Origin: a virus | Taxonomy: Duplodnaviria > Caudoviricetes | IMG/VR virus record: IMGVR_UViG_3300021431_000119 | Location: 5,093-69,092 of that record | Length of the DNA stretch: 64,000 nt | Direction: 5' to 3' (one strand) | Shown here: positions 26,853 through 37,079 of the stretch, piece after piece | Layout of the letters: each line of letters starts with the position of its first letter | Position numbering within the stretch: the stretch's first letter is position 1 | Notes under the pieces: generated by a model | Seen by the model: only the letters and a program-made list of their open reading frames with translations | The model's database searches: none | What the model was told of the DNA's origin: nothing | Program-made: the position numbers and the translations under genes

Positions 26853-27404
26853 ATGGCTAAAACAGAACTGACTCAGGAACAGGCAACGGAAGTTGTAAAG
26901 AAAAAACAACTCCATGGCAATGCCGCCGCCACCGTCGGTGCCGACGCGAAGCCCGGAGACAATTCCCGTTTCCTCAGGTTCGCCCTCGAATCATGGGACC
27001 TGCCACCTATCGATATTTCAGACCCCGTTCAGGTCCGCGATAGAATAGGCATGTACTTTAAACACTGCGAGGAAAACGACAGGAAACCCCAAATCGTCGG
27101 TATGTGTAACTGGTTGGGCATATCCAGAGAGACCCTGAATGTGTGGAGAAACGGGGAGTATCGTAAGGATACGCACTCTGACATAGTTAAAAAAGCTTGC
27201 AGTTTAATTGAAGAACAATGGGCCGATTATATGACGAACGGGAAGATCAATCCGGCATCGGGTATATTCCTGGCTAAGAACTGGTTCGGGTACCGGGATA
27301 CTACGGACGTCGTGGTCACTCCTCAGAATCCGCTTGACGATCTGGACGCAAAGGAAGCGAGGAAACGCCTGACTGAGTCAATACCTGATTCGGAAGACGA
27401 ATGA
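26853..27404 (+). CDS. Terminase small subunit (gp3-like)
   Basis: GMCNWLGISRETL HTH; INPASGIFLAKNWFGY.D motif. Confidence 0.75.
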   Translation: MAKTELTQEQATEVVKKKQLHGNAAATVGADAKPGDNSRFLRFALESWDLPPIDISDPVQVRDRIGMYFKHCEENDRKPQIVGMCNWLGISRETLNVWRNGEYRKDTHSDIVKKACSLIEEQWADYMTNGKINPASGIFLAKNWFGYRDTTDVVVTPQNPLDDLDAKEARKRLTESIPDSEDE

Positions 27405-27412
27405 CAAACGCT

Positions 27413-27440
27413 CCGCCTGAAACATGGCGGGGCTTTTTCT
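27413..27440 (+). terminator. Intrinsic terminator after terS
   Basis: ctccgcc tgaaacat ggcgggg followed by a T run. Confidence 0.65.
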
Positions 27441-28204
27441 GTGTACTATGTGTACTTTAATAAATAAATATTTATATTTATAACGCATGAGGTTGCTTTC
27501 TAGCCTCTGGAAAATGCAGTGCGCAGATGAGAATGTGAACGGAAATATGTCTGGTTCTCACAAAAACGGGGCTGTGAGCTTAAGTAGGGGCGAGGTGGAT
27601 AACTTGTTCATTGAAAAGCTGGAACGTCTGAGAAGGGGCAAAGAATGCGAAATAACGCTATTTGTGGTTCTGGCAATGCATGAAGCACTGAGCGAACGTC
27701 AACGGGAACGGGTCTGATTTACGATCTGGGGCGGGTCTTGACGGGAGAACGGGTATCCGGTCGAGCGAGAACGGGATCGGCTGAAACGGGGCAAAACATG
27801 GCGAGAACGGGCAAGAGCGAGCGGTGCAACGGCGGAGGGCAGCTCTTCCGGGATGGATGGCGGGAGTGGCGGACGGGAACGGAACATGCGGAAAGCGGAG
27901 GAACGAGAACGGGAACGAGAACGAGAACGGGCGGAGGATGTCCGATCTGGTCATGGCGGAGCGGGCAAAACGTGCTGTTTTTCGCAACTCTTCGTGAAAC
28001 AATAGTTTAACGAATAGTTGAAAATGGAAAATCTGTACGGAACGGGCGAGAATGGCGACCAGATTATACTTGCACTGGCAAAAACGGGCGAAAAAACGGG
28101 GTTGAAAGTCAAAATGTTACGGGAATGAAACAATTTTAGAAGGGCGAAAAGGCATAAAAAAAGACCGCCCCAGGTGGAGCGGTCAGGTCGGTTTGGACAA
28201 ATTG

Positions 28205-28405
28205 TCATCCAATGATCAGGTCTTTTTCAGAGATCTCCAGATACTTGTTGAGCAGGGCGAAGATGGAACCGGTTCCGATGAGCTCGTGCGCTTTGTTCAT
28301 CGTGTCTTCGTCAGCAGCGGAAATAATCTTTTCGAAAAATACTTGAGAGATTGCCTTTTCCGCCGTGGTGAAAGTCTTTCCTCCGTCGATGCTGATACGT
28401 GCCAT
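28205..28405 (-). CDS. Small phage hypothetical protein
   Basis: RBS AGAAAGGA; MARISIDGGKTF. Confidence 0.6.
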   Translation of the reverse strand: MARISIDGGKTFTTAEKAISQVFFEKIISAADEDTMNKAHELIGTGSIFALLNKYLEISEKDLIIG

Positions 28406-28608
28406 TATTGATTCCTTTCTCCGGGGATTGTCCGCCCCGGTCGGCATTTTACCTGGTTATAGCTTCGTTTGTCTCTTTCGCAAGCGTCATGATGACGGCG
28501 TGCTGTTCTTCCGCCGTCAGGCTACGCCAACGGTCGGCACCCATGACTTGGGTGTAGGCCTCAATGATCATGTTCACAATCTTTTCCATTGCTATGTTCC
28601 TCCATCGG

Positions 28609-29013
28609 TCAGCCGTTTACAAGGTCATTCCACGCCTCCATGTAGGATTCCGGCGTGATGTCGTCCGGCATGTCGAAACCGTCGGCAGCAAAATGAGCGA
28701 GGTCAATGCGGGCGGTTTCCAGGTCCATGGGCTCATCGTGGGATCCGTTCGGATCATTCTCCCAAAGGGAACGGACGAAATCAGTGGTTGTCATTGTGGT
28801 TTTTCCTCCTTCAAAACAATTTGTAGCGTAAAGCTTTTCAAGGTCGTAATGCCGGACTTCTTCCGGTGTTAGCTCGCGGTTGTAGTCCACCCATCCCCAT
28901 GCGTGACGGTGGGACGGCGTATAACCTTCTGTGTATCCGCACTCTATGAGGCCGTCACGAGGGACGGCGCCGGGTCCTGGCGGACGGAGCAGTGTAGCAT
29001 AACGGGCGATCAT
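28609..29013 (-). CDS. Protein with N-terminal DarA_C-like (anti-restriction-associated) domain
   Basis: RPPGPGAVP...AWGWVDYNRELTPEEVRHYDL resembles DarA C-terminal consensus as recalled. Confidence 0.5.
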   Translation of the reverse strand: MIARYATLLRPPGPGAVPRDGLIECGYTEGYTPSHRHAWGWVDYNRELTPEEVRHYDLEKLYATNCFEGGKTTMTTTDFVRSLWENDPNGSHDEPMDLETARIDLAHFAADGFDMPDDITPESYMEAWNDLVNG

Positions 29014-29043
29014 GTGTATACCTCCAGTCAATTATAATTCGAT

Positions 29044-29325
29044 TCATTCGGGAACGCAAGCGAGATACTCGCCGGAACGGATCCGGGCGGACAATTCATC
29101 TTTAATGGCCCACATATCAGACCAAGAGAACGTGTGCAGCTTCATGATATGCATATCTCCGGCGATTTGATGCTCTATTTCAGCAATCAGGAAACCGAAG
29201 AACGCAGCATAGCCGCAAGCGCTTTGCGGAAACAATCCGCCCATGGTGGCGGCGTATTGCTTGCCGTCAAACTGAATGACAAGGCGCCCTCCGTCGAAGG
29301 AATAGCGAACAGGGTTGTTGGTCAT
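29044..29325 (-). CDS. Phage hypothetical protein
   Basis: RBS GAGGTG; part of leftward operon. Confidence 0.6.
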   Translation of the reverse strand: MTNNPVRYSFDGGRLVIQFDGKQYAATMGGLFPQSACGYAAFFGFLIAEIEHQIAGDMHIMKLHTFSWSDMWAIKDELSARIRSGEYLACVPE

Positions 29326-29337
29326 GATGTTGTCACC

Positions 29338-29520
29338 TCACTTCATGTACTCAATGCCGGTGATATCCACGTAATCGGCTTTTGTGTGATGGCGACGGGC
29401 AAAGCGCTTTTTGACGTTCGCCCATGTTTCGGAGGATGTGACGTCGTCGGCGGACGGAACGGCCAGAACAATATAGTCTTTTTCCATGGACTGTATAACG
29501 TCGTAACAGGTGTATTTTAC
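29338..29520 (-). CDS. Small phage hypothetical protein
   Basis: RBS GAAGGAGG; MKVKYTCY. Confidence 0.55.
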   Translation of the reverse strand, partial: VKYTCYDVIQSMEKDYIVLAVPSADDVTSSETWANVKKRFARRHHTKADYVDITGIEYMK

Positions 29521-29718
29521 TTTCATTTTCGGATCCTCCTTCAAATATTTTTGTTGTGCAGCATGGCGGGAACGGGAACGGCCGGAACGGGATCCATGTT
29601 TCCGGAAAGGATGGAAACGAGAACGGAAACAACGGAGCGGATAAAGTCAAGCATGGTTTTTTCTCCCTTCTTTGGATGAGTCGGGACGGAGGAGGACGTC
29701 CGCCGCCCATGGAACGGT

Positions 29719-30459
29719 TTACCCGATTGTGCAGCTGGCGCCGGTCCACCACTTGACAAGACGGGACTGTTCATCGTCGGGAACGCGGTAGACCTGGAAT
29801 TGCTTGATGTTTGCGCCGGTCCGGAAGAAGGCTAGCGCTTTTCCTTCCACTTTCGGGTCCGGGAAGAGCTCCGCGCCGGTGCGGTCGCATATAAAGCGTG
29901 ATTGTTGCTTTGTGGCGGTGCGGAGGCAAACAACGGCGGGAAAGTTTACCCTGATTTGAGTGGGAAGAACGGATGCCAATAGGCATTGTGTTGCGGCTAT
30001 GCAATGAATACCGGCCGCCCGTCCTAGCTGGCATATCCTTTGCAGCAGGGGAACGGTATCGGTTTTCGCGGTGGTAAGCAGGTCCGCAAGTTCATCGATA
30101 ACGACATAGATTTGGGAGCCCGTCCAGATCCGTTCCCCGACGGCGTGCATATGGTGCAGGCGGTTTTCCATGATTTCGACGGCGGAACGGAGGGCGGCTA
30201 ACATTTCATCTGTCTCGTACGCGTAACGGATACAGTGCGGGAGGCGGGCCCATGGCCAAAGCTCCGTGGTTTTGGGATCCAATAGGATAAACTGTACTTC
30301 AGCGGGGGAATGGTAAACGGCGGTTGAGATGAGGCTATTAATCAAAACGGATTTTCCCGACCCTGTCGCTCCTGCAATGAGAAGGTGAGACTGTTCTAAC
30401 ATTGTTTCGTAAAGCGTGAAAACGCGGCCGGAAGGTGTAACATATTTCATGTCAATCAT
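29719..30459 (-). CDS. Soluble FtsK/SpoIIIE-like ATPase
   Basis: HLLIAGATGSGKS, ILLDPK, VVIDELADL, GRAAGIH..AATQ. Confidence 0.9.
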   Translation of the reverse strand: MIDMKYVTPSGRVFTLYETMLEQSHLLIAGATGSGKSVLINSLISTAVYHSPAEVQFILLDPKTTELWPWARLPHCIRYAYETDEMLAALRSAVEIMENRLHHMHAVGERIWTGSQIYVVIDELADLLTTAKTDTVPLLQRICQLGRAAGIHCIAATQCLLASVLPTQIRVNFPAVVCLRTATKQQSRFICDRTGAELFPDPKVEGKALAFFRTGANIKQFQVYRVPDDEQSRLVKWWTGASCTIG

Positions 30460-30892
30460 TCCCCTTTTTGTAGTTGTCGTTTTCTTTTTTTGCTAGAATC
30501 AAAATGGATTGCCATGAAATGCCCTGTTTATACAATCTTTCACAATATTCCTTTGGATATGATCCTGGATAATTCCAGCGGCCGCATTGACCGTCTATAA
30601 TCCATTCCATGCCGCCAAAATTCATTGTATCGCCGTTTAGATATGTATTATAGATTTGCATTTGATCTTTCTCTTCTCTTTTTCTTTTTTCTTTTGCGCC
30701 TTCCTGATCCTTTTCAAGCCCCTGCCTTTTTAAAGCGGAACGGGCTGAATATTTGCTCAAATAAGCGCCGTGTTGTAAGATAATGCTATCGCTTGTGTAT
30801 ACCGTTGTATAATATTGTTTTGAGTCTTTTTCCATGTAAATATGCCCCTTGCGGCCGTCCTGGGCATGGTACGTTTCGACAACGATTGTCAT
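30452..30892 (-). CDS. Phage hypothetical protein (possibly two fused small ORFs)
   Basis: RBS AAGAAGGG; internal low-complexity linker. Confidence 0.5.
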   Translation of the reverse strand: MTIVVETYHAQDGRKGHIYMEKDSKQYYTTVYTSDSIILQHGAYLSKYSARSALKRQGLEKDQEGAKEKRKREEKDQMQIYNTYLNGDTMNFGGMEWIIDGQCGRWNYPGSYPKEYCERLYKQGISWQSILILAKKENDNYKKGND

Positions 30893-31003
30893 TTGTTTTC
30901 CCCTTCTTTCGCGTTTATTTGGGCGCTTGCCCCTTTGCGCAATCCATAGCCTTTACGGATTGCGCAAAGGGAAAAGCGGCTTGCCTTGCTTTTCCCTGTA
31001 TTG

Positions 31004-31294
31004 TCAAGCGGTTTTCAATTCAGCAGCGGAACGGGCCGCAATCGTAACGGAACGGGAAACAATGGTTTTCCCGTAATCCTTTTTAATATCGGGAAAATCC
31101 TTGTATAATGCTTTCGTGTCAAGGCGTGTCGATTCGGTTTCTTTAATCAAAACGGAATAAAGATCAGTTTCAAAAAGCGCCTTGTCCTGCATAAAATCCA
31201 TGATCATTGCTTTGAGATTTTCAACCTGTTTTTTAGCGGCCTTTTCCGCCTCACTTGCGGCAACATACGCGGCTATAATTTCATTTTTAGTCAT
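31004..31294 (-). CDS. Phage hypothetical protein
   Basis: MTKNEIIAAY...TRLDTKALYKDFPDI. Confidence 0.65.
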   Translation of the reverse strand: MTKNEIIAAYVAASEAEKAAKKQVENLKAMIMDFMQDKALFETDLYSVLIKETESTRLDTKALYKDFPDIKKDYGKTIVSRSVTIAARSAAELKTA

Positions 31295-31547
31295 TGTTTT
31301 CATTCCCCTTTCTTTTTTTACCATTCATAATTGTATAATTCTTTTGCGCTCATTCTCAAAAAGCGCTTTTCCGGAATGTAAACCCATTTTTCTTTTTCTT
31401 TGTGAAAAACCATTGCAAAGCGTTTTCCATGCCTTTTGACAATCACTTTTTTCCCTTCTTTCTTTTTTTGTGGGGCTTGTTTCCCCTTCAAAGGAAACAA
31501 GCGTTTTTTGTTTCCTTTGAAGGGAAAGCAAATTGCTTTCCCTTTGA

Positions 31548-32237
31548 TCAATGTAAATGTACATATTTATTTTTTCCGTATGGACATCCTGTTTTTGTGT
31601 TTGTGCATATTTCACAATTCCCTGGACATTTTGTGTATCCTTTAGCAGGTTTTTCACCCGGAAAAATACAACGGAATTCAGGAAAACCGAAAGGATTTAT
31701 CATATCCATTCCTTTCCATTCCGAAAACATGATTGACAGGTTTTCCGGAATGGTATCTTTCCCGTAAAGTTCGCAATATTCATTTACAAGCCTATAATTT
31801 TTCGTATACGTCCAAAAGATAAAATCCGGAAAATCTTTTGCAATTGCAATCATGTTTTTGAAATAATCCATATTTGGGATATCACCAGCAACATGCCACC
31901 GGAAAAACTTGTTTTTCCTTCTGTTTTTCAGTGTTTTGCGGATATCGGAAAAATACTTTTCCGGATTGTTTTTCATTAAAATATAGTTGCGGATCCTTGC
32001 GTCGATAACTGTATTAGAATATTGCAAACAAGCCTTTACATCATAGCAGTAATTCTTGCAGCCTGTACAGTTTGCGCAAGTGATAATGGGCGGCAGCGAA
32101 ACATTCAGAACGTGACCAATTTTTCTATTGCCTTTTGAGATACAAATTCGAATGTTTTCAGTTTCAACTTTACTGTATTCTTTTTCAGCTTGTTTCAACA
32201 TTGCCAAAACTTTTTGAATTGATTCATTGCTAAACAT
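31548..32237 (-). CDS. Gene product 88 (GP88)-like Cys-rich protein
   Basis: GNRKIG...SLPPIITC..C..C..YCY; FRWHVAGD; FWTYTK. Confidence 0.75.
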   Translation of the reverse strand: MFSNESIQKVLAMLKQAEKEYSKVETENIRICISKGNRKIGHVLNVSLPPIITCANCTGCKNYCYDVKACLQYSNTVIDARIRNYILMKNNPEKYFSDIRKTLKNRRKNKFFRWHVAGDIPNMDYFKNMIAIAKDFPDFIFWTYTKNYRLVNEYCELYGKDTIPENLSIMFSEWKGMDMINPFGFPEFRCIFPGEKPAKGYTKCPGNCEICTNTKTGCPYGKNKYVHLH

Positions 32238-32344
32238 TTTTTGTTTCCTTCTTTCTTTCTTATTTGATCAAGCTTTTTTAAGCCTTCTCAAAAAGGCAAG
32301 CGGTTTTTTTTGTTATTTGTTTCCATATTTGATCATTCTGTTTT

Positions 32345-32545
32345 TCATGGTTTTTGTAGTCCTTCCAATTGTGCTTTGCAGGCTATAGCTTCTTTTTCTG
32401 TTTTGAAGTATTTACTGATTCCGCAATAATAGAAAGTGTTCCCGCCGTCCACGCTTGTCAACGTCTTTACAATGAACGTGTAATCGTCAACGGGGAACAT
32501 TAACTTTTCAATAGAATATTTTCTCACCGCTTCCACCTTTTTCAC
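32345..32545 (-). CDS. Small phage hypothetical protein
   Basis: RBS AAGGAC; first gene of leftward operon. Confidence 0.55.
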   Translation of the reverse strand: MKKVEAVRKYSIEKLMFPVDDYTFIVKTLTSVDGGNTFYYCGISKYFKTEKEAIACKAQLEGLQKP

Positions 32546-32599
32546 CGTCCTTTTTTATATCTTGAATTTAATGTTTTCCGCTTGCCTTTTTGAAAAGGC

Positions 32600-33165
32600 T
32601 TTTTGTGGCCTTTTCAATAATTGACAAGTTTTTTTCTCGCTTTATCCGTTTTTGCAGGGGATAAAGATACAAGGGAAAAAGGCTTGTCAATGCATGGTTA
32701 CATGCTTTAATGTACTTTGTTTTGGTATCCTGTCACGATACCATGTTATTTTATTTAGTTGTCAATGTTCGGCTCTCGCTTTATTCGCCTTTTGTGGCCT
32801 TGCTTGCGATACAAAGTGTAGCAAGGTTCTTTCGTGTCCTTTGATCATCCCCTTTCCTTTTGTCGGTCTCACTTGCTTTTCCTGTATTGTCAACAGGTTT
32901 TTCTGTTGACAATGAAAGAATAACAGACTTTTCTGTTTTTGTCAACAGGTTTTTGCGAAAAAATATTGACAAGTTTTTAACAATGTTTTCTTTCTATTAT
33001 ATGCTACGTTTTGGCTATGATATAGCCATATCCCATGGCTTGTTAGCAAATGCTAACACCCCTGGGGGATGCCAGCGACCAGGCGGCCCCACCCTGCTCA
33101 CCCCCGTCAGCACCGAAAAAACAAAAAAAGCTATTGACAAACCAGAAAAAACTGTATATAATACA
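32600..33165. promoter_or_regulatory. AT-rich divergent promoter region with many TTGACA/TGTCAA hexamers
   Basis: TTGACA 33134-33139, 17 bp, TATAAT 33157-33162; TTGTCAACAGGTTTTT at 32887 and 32939. Confidence 0.7.
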
Positions 33166-33191
33166 CATGCAATCAAGTTGGAGGTATCGAG

Positions 33192-33458
33192 ATGAGAGTA
33201 CAGGATGTTGTTCGAGAGGTTATGACAGTTAACGGCGTAAGTCAGCAAACCCTTTCAGAAAAGCTTGGGTACAAGCGGCAGACGAACGTGAGCGAGTTGC
33301 TGCGCGGGAGGAGCATGCGCGTTGACAGTCTTCTGAAGATGCTGGATGTAATGGAATGTGAACTCGTAGTTGTAAGCAAGAAGGAGCATACGATTGCCGG
33401 GTCAGCGGAAAAGTACACGCCCCGGTGGACGGTCACGCTTGAAGATCCTGCGGAGTGA
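33192..33458 (+). CDS. XRE-family HTH regulator
   Basis: VSQQTLSEKLGYKRQTNVSELL; RBS GGAGGT. Confidence 0.8.
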   Translation: MRVQDVVREVMTVNGVSQQTLSEKLGYKRQTNVSELLRGRSMRVDSLLKMLDVMECELVVVSKKEHTIAGSAEKYTPRWTVTLEDPAE

Positions 33459-33559
33459 CCACCCCGGGTCTCCGGTAAAAAAGTGGTACCCGGTATATGC
33501 GCGGTGTGAAAAATCCCGCGAAAAACAAAAAGGGGCGGGTAGAAATAAAGAGGGAGGGC

Positions 33560-34018
33560 ATGGACGTGAAGAGAGTGCTGTCGGTGATTCTGGTGGTTGT
33601 GATGTGCTGTGCGTGGGCTAGTGCGGTTGGGACAGATGCGGAACGAAAGGACCTGGCGGAACAGCTGAAGAAGCTGGCGTGTGATGTGCTGGTGGATCTG
33701 CACGGAAAGTACGAGAAGAATCCGGAGGCGTTCAGCGATGAATACATTTTGATGGCGCACGCGTATTACGAGATGTACAAAGCGGAGACGGCGGTGATTC
33801 AGGCGGAGAGGCAGCTGTCATTGGCGTTGAATCCGTTGTCTGGCGGAAAGTCGCCAATGATGGACGTAGTGAAGGAAAATGAGAAACTATCGCAGTCGGT
33901 GGACGAGTTTGAGACAGCGCAGTGGTACAAATGGGTCAACGGGGAGGCAAGCAACGCGGAGTATCTGAAGGTGTTCATGGCGATGGTGGGCGCGGTAGTT
34001 GCGCAGGCGGACAAGTAA
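33560..34018 (+). CDS. Secreted hypothetical protein
   Basis: Signal peptide KRVLSVILVVVMCCAWASA. Confidence 0.65.
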   Translation: MDVKRVLSVILVVVMCCAWASAVGTDAERKDLAEQLKKLACDVLVDLHGKYEKNPEAFSDEYILMAHAYYEMYKAETAVIQAERQLSLALNPLSGGKSPMMDVVKENEKLSQSVDEFETAQWYKWVNGEASNAEYLKVFMAMVGAVVAQADK

Positions 34019-34105
34019 AGGGGCCTGTGAAAAGGTAAAGATTGATTGAGTACGCAGCAGTGCGAGAGACGTGAGGTCTTTTGCGCTGTTTTTTTATGAG
34101 CGAGC

Positions 34106-34315
34106 GTGAGAGGAGGGGGACACGCGGTGACGGGGCGGGATCTGATTGAGTGGATTAAGGCGAATCACGCGGAGAGGATGCAGGTAGTGGTGATTGACGA
34201 CGGGTACGCGTTGTACCGGGCGAGGCCGGAAGTGCGGGATAGCGGGGAACTGACGCGGGTGTACGTGAACAGTGCGGGGCTGAACCGGGTAGAGAAGTGC
34301 GTGGTAATGCAGTGA
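34106..34315 (+). CDS. Phage hypothetical protein
   Basis: TGRDLIEWIK family start. Confidence 0.55.
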   Translation: MRGGGHAVTGRDLIEWIKANHAERMQVVVIDDGYALYRARPEVRDSGELTRVYVNSAGLNRVEKCVVMQ

Positions 34316-34334
34316 AGGTGGGAGGTGGCGTAAG

Positions 34335-34517
34335 ATGTCGTTGGACAAGGCGATAGCACACGGGAAGGAAAAGCGAAAGCCTTACAGTGGCAGCAAGGCG
34401 ATAGACAGGACGTGCCGGAATCATGGCGGGTGCCCATGGTGCGAGGAAAACCGGCGGCACAAGATGCGGGACAAGCACCCGGAAGAGAAGGTGGTATTGG
34501 GAAATGGCGAACAATAA
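34335..34517 (+). CDS. Small phage hypothetical protein
   Basis: MSLDKAIAHGKEKRKPY...TCRNHGGCPWC. Confidence 0.7.
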   Translation: MSLDKAIAHGKEKRKPYSGSKAIDRTCRNHGGCPWCEENRRHKMRDKHPEEKVVLGNGEQ

Positions 34518-34944
34518 GCGTGAACTGAACGCGTTGCGGGAGAAACTGGACGAGCTGGATGCGAGGTTGAGGCCGTGCCCGTTCTGCGGGAATGGGAACG
34601 TGCGGATGTATCGGAGGCCGGGAAAGGATGGATGGCTGGACAGGTATTACGCACTGTGTGACTATGATGACGGCGGGTGCGGCGCGAGTGGCGGGTGGTA
34701 TCACAGCCCGGAAGAGGCAACTGATGTCTGGAACCGGCGGGTACCTGAGGCGGCGGCGCGAGTGGTTACGCCGTTTGCGAATCTGGCTAAAGCGGCGATA
34801 GAGAAGAGCGGGGAGATGATGGAGATTCTGGAGGAGTGCAACGAGAGGGCCCGGCGGCTGAGGGACGAGGCGTTGCTTGATGAGGCGTTACTGGAGATGG
34901 AAGAACGGCAAAAACGTGACGGAGGGGAAGGCGCAGATGAGTAA
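34504..34944 (+). CDS. Lar-like restriction alleviation family protein
   Basis: LRPCPFCG...C...CGA...EEA...WNRR. Confidence 0.7.
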   Translation: MANNKRELNALREKLDELDARLRPCPFCGNGNVRMYRRPGKDGWLDRYYALCDYDDGGCGASGGWYHSPEEATDVWNRRVPEAAARVVTPFANLAKAAIEKSGEMMEILEECNERARRLRDEALLDEALLEMEERQKRDGGEGADE

Positions 34945-35191
34945 GGTCAGGTCGGCGTATGCGGAGATTGAGGAAAAGGTTCTGGAGCGGTACGGGGAGC
35001 GTGGAGAGAGCCTGGTTGTGCAGGTGGAGATGCGGCATGGCGTCGGGGAAGCGTACGAGCGAAAGACGGTGCTGCTGCTGAATGACTACGACTATGGGTG
35101 GATGTGGGAGGTGGACTGGTGGTCAGGGGAAGAGGACGTGCGGCTGGTTGGGGCGCAGCCGGTGTCGGATGTGAAGGTAGAGGAGTGGTGA
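34937..35191 (+). CDS. Phage hypothetical protein
   Basis: Coupled ORF in the operon before terL. Confidence 0.6.
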   Translation: MSKVRSAYAEIEEKVLERYGERGESLVVQVEMRHGVGEAYERKTVLLLNDYDYGWMWEVDWWSGEEDVRLVGAQPVSDVKVEEW

Positions 35192-35306
35192 AGGTGCCGC
35201 CGAGGCTGGTAGAAGAGATGAGCGCTGAGGAACTTGCGGGTTATCAGGAATGGCTGGAAAAGTATGAGAAGGATAAGCGTGAGGGAGAAAGAAGGGTGAC
35301 AGGCTG

Positions 35307-36992
35307 GTGGACGAAGCGAGGGTGGTAAACCGGGACGCGGTGCTGGGGCGGGAGTACATCCGGAAGCATCCGCTCGACCCTGGAGCGTACCGGGACGTGC
35401 TGGCGATATACAATGAGCATGTGGGAAAAGAAGACGAGGCGGTATATCACGCGGAGAACAGGTGGCTTCGTGGGCAGATTTCGCGGGCGAACCGGGAGAT
35501 TGCGGCGAACGGGGCCATGGGCGGGACAGCGGTGGTGCTGAAGTTGGAGCGGATGAACGGGGTGTACCGGCAGAGCCTGCTACTTGACGCGAAGGTGGAC
35601 TTTGACGCGTACTGCCTGTACATTGAGAGTGCGAGGGCCCCGGAGAAGCAGTTTTACCTGCCGAGGCGGAAACAGCTGCGGGTGATTACGTCGGCGCTTC
35701 AGGAACTGATGGAGGACAAACTGGACCTGCTGTCCATCAGCGAGCCGCCAGGAACGGGGAAGAGCACGACGGCGATCTTCTTTCTGACGTGGGTGGCGGG
35801 GAAATATCCGGAGGAGCCGAACCTGACGGGGAGCCACAGTAATGCGTTTATAAGGGGCGTGTATGACGAGTGCCTGCGGGTGATGGACCCGAACGGGGAA
35901 TACCTGTGGAAGGACGTGTTTCCGGGGCTGAGCATCAGCAACACGAATGCGAAGGACTGCCGGATTGACCTGGGGAAGCGGAAGCGGTTTGAGACGCTGG
36001 AGTTTACGAGTATCGGGAGCGGGAACGCGGGCCTGTATCGGGCACAGCGGCTGCTGTACTGCGACGACCTGGTGAGCGGGCTGGAGGTCAGCCTGAGCAA
36101 GGAGCGGCTGGACAAGTTGTGGGACGTGTACACGACAGACCTGCGGCAGCGGAAGATCGGCGACCACTGCAAGGAACTGCACATCGCGACCCGGTGGTCG
36201 GTCCATGATGTTATAGGCCGACTGGAAGACCAGTACGGGGACAGTGACCGGGCGCGGTTTATCGTGATTCCGGCGCTGAACGAGAACGACGAGAGCAACT
36301 TCGACTACAAGTATGGCGTTGGGTTCACGACGGCGTTTTATCACGAACAGCGGGAGATTATGGACGAGGTGAGCTGGAAGGCGCTGTACATGAATCAGCC
36401 GATTGAGCGGGAAGGACTGCTGTACTCAGCGGACGAACTGCAAAGGTACTTTGAGCTGCCAGACAGTGAGCCGGACGCGATTCTGTGTGCGTGCGACACG
36501 AAAGACCGGGGGAGCGACTTCTGCTCCATGCCGATTGCGTACCAGTACGGGAACATGTACTACATTGAGGACGTGGTGTACGACAACAGCAATCCGGAGA
36601 TTGTGGAGGCGAGGCTGGCACAGAAGTGTGTGGCGCACAAAGTGCACATGGGGCAGTTTGAGAGCAACAGCGCGGGCGGCCGGGTTGCGCAGAGCGTGCA
36701 GGAGGAGATCCGGAAGCAGGGCGGCCGGACGAAGTTGACCACGAAGTACACGACGGCGAACAAGGAAACGAAAATCATCATGGCGAGCCCGTTTGTGAAG
36801 GAGCATTTCCTGTTCAAGGATGACAGCGTGGTGACGGACAAGGAGTACCGGAAGTTCATGAACGCGGTGTGCAGCTACAGCATGGAAGGAAAGAACAAGC
36901 ATGACGACGCGGTGGACAGCCTGTCCATGCTGGCGGAGTACGTCCAGAGCTTTGCCGGGGCGCGGGCGAAACCCATGGCGAGGCCGTTCTGA
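35307..36992 (+). CDS. Terminase large subunit
   Basis: Walker A PPGTGKST, YCDD, IATRWS, nuclease CDT.D.G.D and HDDAVDS. Confidence 0.92.
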   Translation: MDEARVVNRDAVLGREYIRKHPLDPGAYRDVLAIYNEHVGKEDEAVYHAENRWLRGQISRANREIAANGAMGGTAVVLKLERMNGVYRQSLLLDAKVDFDAYCLYIESARAPEKQFYLPRRKQLRVITSALQELMEDKLDLLSISEPPGTGKSTTAIFFLTWVAGKYPEEPNLTGSHSNAFIRGVYDECLRVMDPNGEYLWKDVFPGLSISNTNAKDCRIDLGKRKRFETLEFTSIGSGNAGLYRAQRLLYCDDLVSGLEVSLSKERLDKLWDVYTTDLRQRKIGDHCKELHIATRWSVHDVIGRLEDQYGDSDRARFIVIPALNENDESNFDYKYGVGFTTAFYHEQREIMDEVSWKALYMNQPIEREGLLYSADELQRYFELPDSEPDAILCACDTKDRGSDFCSMPIAYQYGNMYYIEDVVYDNSNPEIVEARLAQKCVAHKVHMGQFESNSAGGRVAQSVQEEIRKQGGRTKLTTKYTTANKETKIIMASPFVKEHFLFKDDSVVTDKEYRKFMNAVCSYSMEGKNKHDDAVDSLSMLAEYVQSFAGARAKPMARPF

Positions 36993-37044
36993 TTTTTTTT
37001 GCGGGAAAATAATGCAAAATGTGGTAGAAATATTACAAAAAGTA

Positions 37045-37073
37045 TTGACACGAGGCGGGAGAACGGGTAGAAT
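37045..37073 (+). promoter_or_regulatory. Strong sigma-A promoter upstream of the head genes
   Basis: TTGACA 37045-37050, 17 bp, TAGAAT 37068-37073. Confidence 0.75.
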
Positions 37074-37079
37074 AGTATA

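Noticed and set aside
24843-27400. Local G-to-C skew switch as proof of a bidirectional origin
   Set aside because: The polarity is opposite to that expected right of an origin and lasts only about 2 kb.
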